DNA from: an uncultured Alphaproteobacteria bacterium
GTDB lineage: Bacteria; Pseudomonadota; Alphaproteobacteria; Rhizobiales; Rhizobiaceae
DNA: 64,000 bases
Direction of reading: 5' to 3'
NCBI GenBank assembly: GCA_963699855.1
Contig: CAVOVL010000006.1
Coordinates: 68,606 to 132,605 of the forward strand
The notes beneath the pieces are model-generated. The model searched no databases. It was given only the letters and a program-made list of their open reading frames with translations, and was not told the origin of the DNA. Positions 63,197 to 64,000 of the stretch are shown one piece after another. A program made the translations under genes and the position numbers. The stretch's first letter is position 1. Each line of letters starts with the position of its first letter.

Positions 63197-64000
63197 CTAC
63201 TTGACGATTGAGAGTTCGCCCGGCGCCTCGCGCGCGGAGGATGACGAACGTGCCGAGGTGATCATGATGAAAAGCGTGAGGATGTAGGGGGCGGCGTTGA
63301 AGAAGTAGTAGCCCTGGCTGATACCGACCGACTGGAGCGCAGGCCCGATCGCCCCCGCCGCGCCGAAAAGCAGCGCGGCGAGAATGCAGCGCAATGGATT
63401 CCAGCGCGCGAAGATGACAAGTGCAACGGCCATCAAGCCCTGGCCGGAGGAAAGGCCTTCATTCCAGCTTCCCGGGTACGAGAGCGAGAGGAACGCGCCG
63501 CCGACGCCGGCAAGGAAGCCGCCCATGGCCGTCGCGATAACGCGGACCATGATCGGATTGACGCCCATGGCCCGAGCGGCGGGTTCGGAGTCTCCGGTCA
63601 TGCGAACGACAAGGCCGGCCCGCGTGTTGGCGAAGGCCCACCACATGATGCCTGCTGCAAGAATGCCGGCGAAGAAGAGTGGATTGATCTCCAGCGCCTG
63701 GCGCAGTGCCGGCGTGGAAGCCCATTCGCCGAGCGGCAGCGATCGCAGCCGGGGAGCGGAAGGCTGGATGTATGGTTTTCCGAAAAAGAATGCGAGGCCG
63801 ACGCCGAGCGACATCATGGCTAGACCGACTGCGATGTCGTTGACGCGCGGCAGGCTGCAAATGACGCCATGCATCAGCCCTAGCAGCACGCCGGAAAACC
63901 CGGCGGCAAGCACGCCAAGCCAGGGCGAGCCGGTTTCGTAGGAAACGCCGTAGGCCACCATGGCGCCAAGTACGAGATTGCCTTCAAGGCCGAGATTGAT
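63197..64000 (-). CDS. ABC transporter permease (sugar/nucleoside BMP-type), 3' portion; gene continues beyond the window end
   Basis: Hydrophobic C-terminal 254 aa (ORF 63197-63961), ...GVNPIMVRVIATAMGGFLAGVGGAFLS.... Confidence 0.65.
   Translation of the reverse strand: MNLGLEGNLVLGAMVAYGVSYETGSPWLGVLAAGFSGVLLGLMHGVICSLPRVNDIAVGLAMMSLGVGLAFFFGKPYIQPSAPRLRSLPLGEWASTPALRQALEINPLFFAGILAAGIMWWAFANTRAGLVVRMTGDSEPAARAMGVNPIMVRVIATAMGGFLAGVGGAFLSLSYPGSWNEGLSSGQGLMAVALVIFARWNPLRCILAALLFGAAGAIGPALQSVGISQGYYFFNAAPYILTLFIMITSARSSSSAREAPGELSIVK

Noticed and set aside
1-64000. CRISPR arrays, rRNA genes, IS elements/transposases, toxin-antitoxin pairs
   Set aside because: No regularly spaced short repeats were noticed. 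No rRNA-like sequence was found. No ORF with DDE-transposase, HTH-resolvase or recombinase features was seen on reading all six frames.

Overview
High-GC alphaproteobacterial (Rhizobiales-like) DNA, almost entirely coding and catabolic or transport in function. No rRNA, CRISPR array, transposase or integrase was recognisable.

(1) 1-19.2 kb carries sugar-utilisation genes: ribokinase, two RbsD/FucU mutarotases, a sugar ABC transporter, creatininase-family and SIS/HxlB-like proteins, an FGGY kinase, an M42 peptidase-like protein, a BtpA/SgcQ-like protein, an aldo-keto reductase, a second PfkB kinase and a TIM-barrel sugar-phosphate isomerase. These are followed by an acyl-CoA carboxylase beta/alpha pair (MCCase-like).

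(2) A 45-bp direct repeat of the 3' end of tRNA-Asn lies at 19174-19218. The intact tRNA-Asn (GTT) lies at 42837-42911. Together they bracket a ~23.7 kb island-like segment without an integrase.

(3) The island carries an amide-utilisation locus: a Urt/Fmd-type Liv-family ABC transporter, a 787-aa LivF-amidase fusion ORF, an acyl-CoA synthetase, a formamidase-family protein, an SDR and a second amidase.

(4) The island also carries what looks like a reductive (Azorhizobium / Eubacterium barkeri-type) nicotinate or nicotinamide catabolic module: a PncA-like nicotinamidase, an XDH-family molybdenum hydroxylase, a Cys-rich putative 6-hydroxynicotinate-reductase-like protein, UPF0280, two DUF1185 proteins and an enamidase-like amidohydrolase. 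A flotillin gene sits between the two loci.

(5) Downstream of the tRNA are a GcvT-like aminomethyltransferase, two FAD oxidoreductases, a methyltransferase, a TetR regulator, a Pot-type ABC transporter, an omega-transaminase and a Rieske oxygenase. These are followed by a cyanuric-acid/biuret lower-pathway cluster (two BiuH-like isochorismatase hydrolases, AtzG, AtzE, an NTF2-like AtzH candidate, GntR, AtzF allophanate hydrolase). That cluster appears inserted into an ABC-transporter operon.

(6) About 55-60 apparent +/-1 frameshifts interrupt roughly half of the genes, while several long ORFs (581, 787, 516 and 581 aa) are intact. This looks like indel sequencing or assembly error, or alternatively widespread pseudogenisation. 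All gene boundaries for interrupted genes are approximate.
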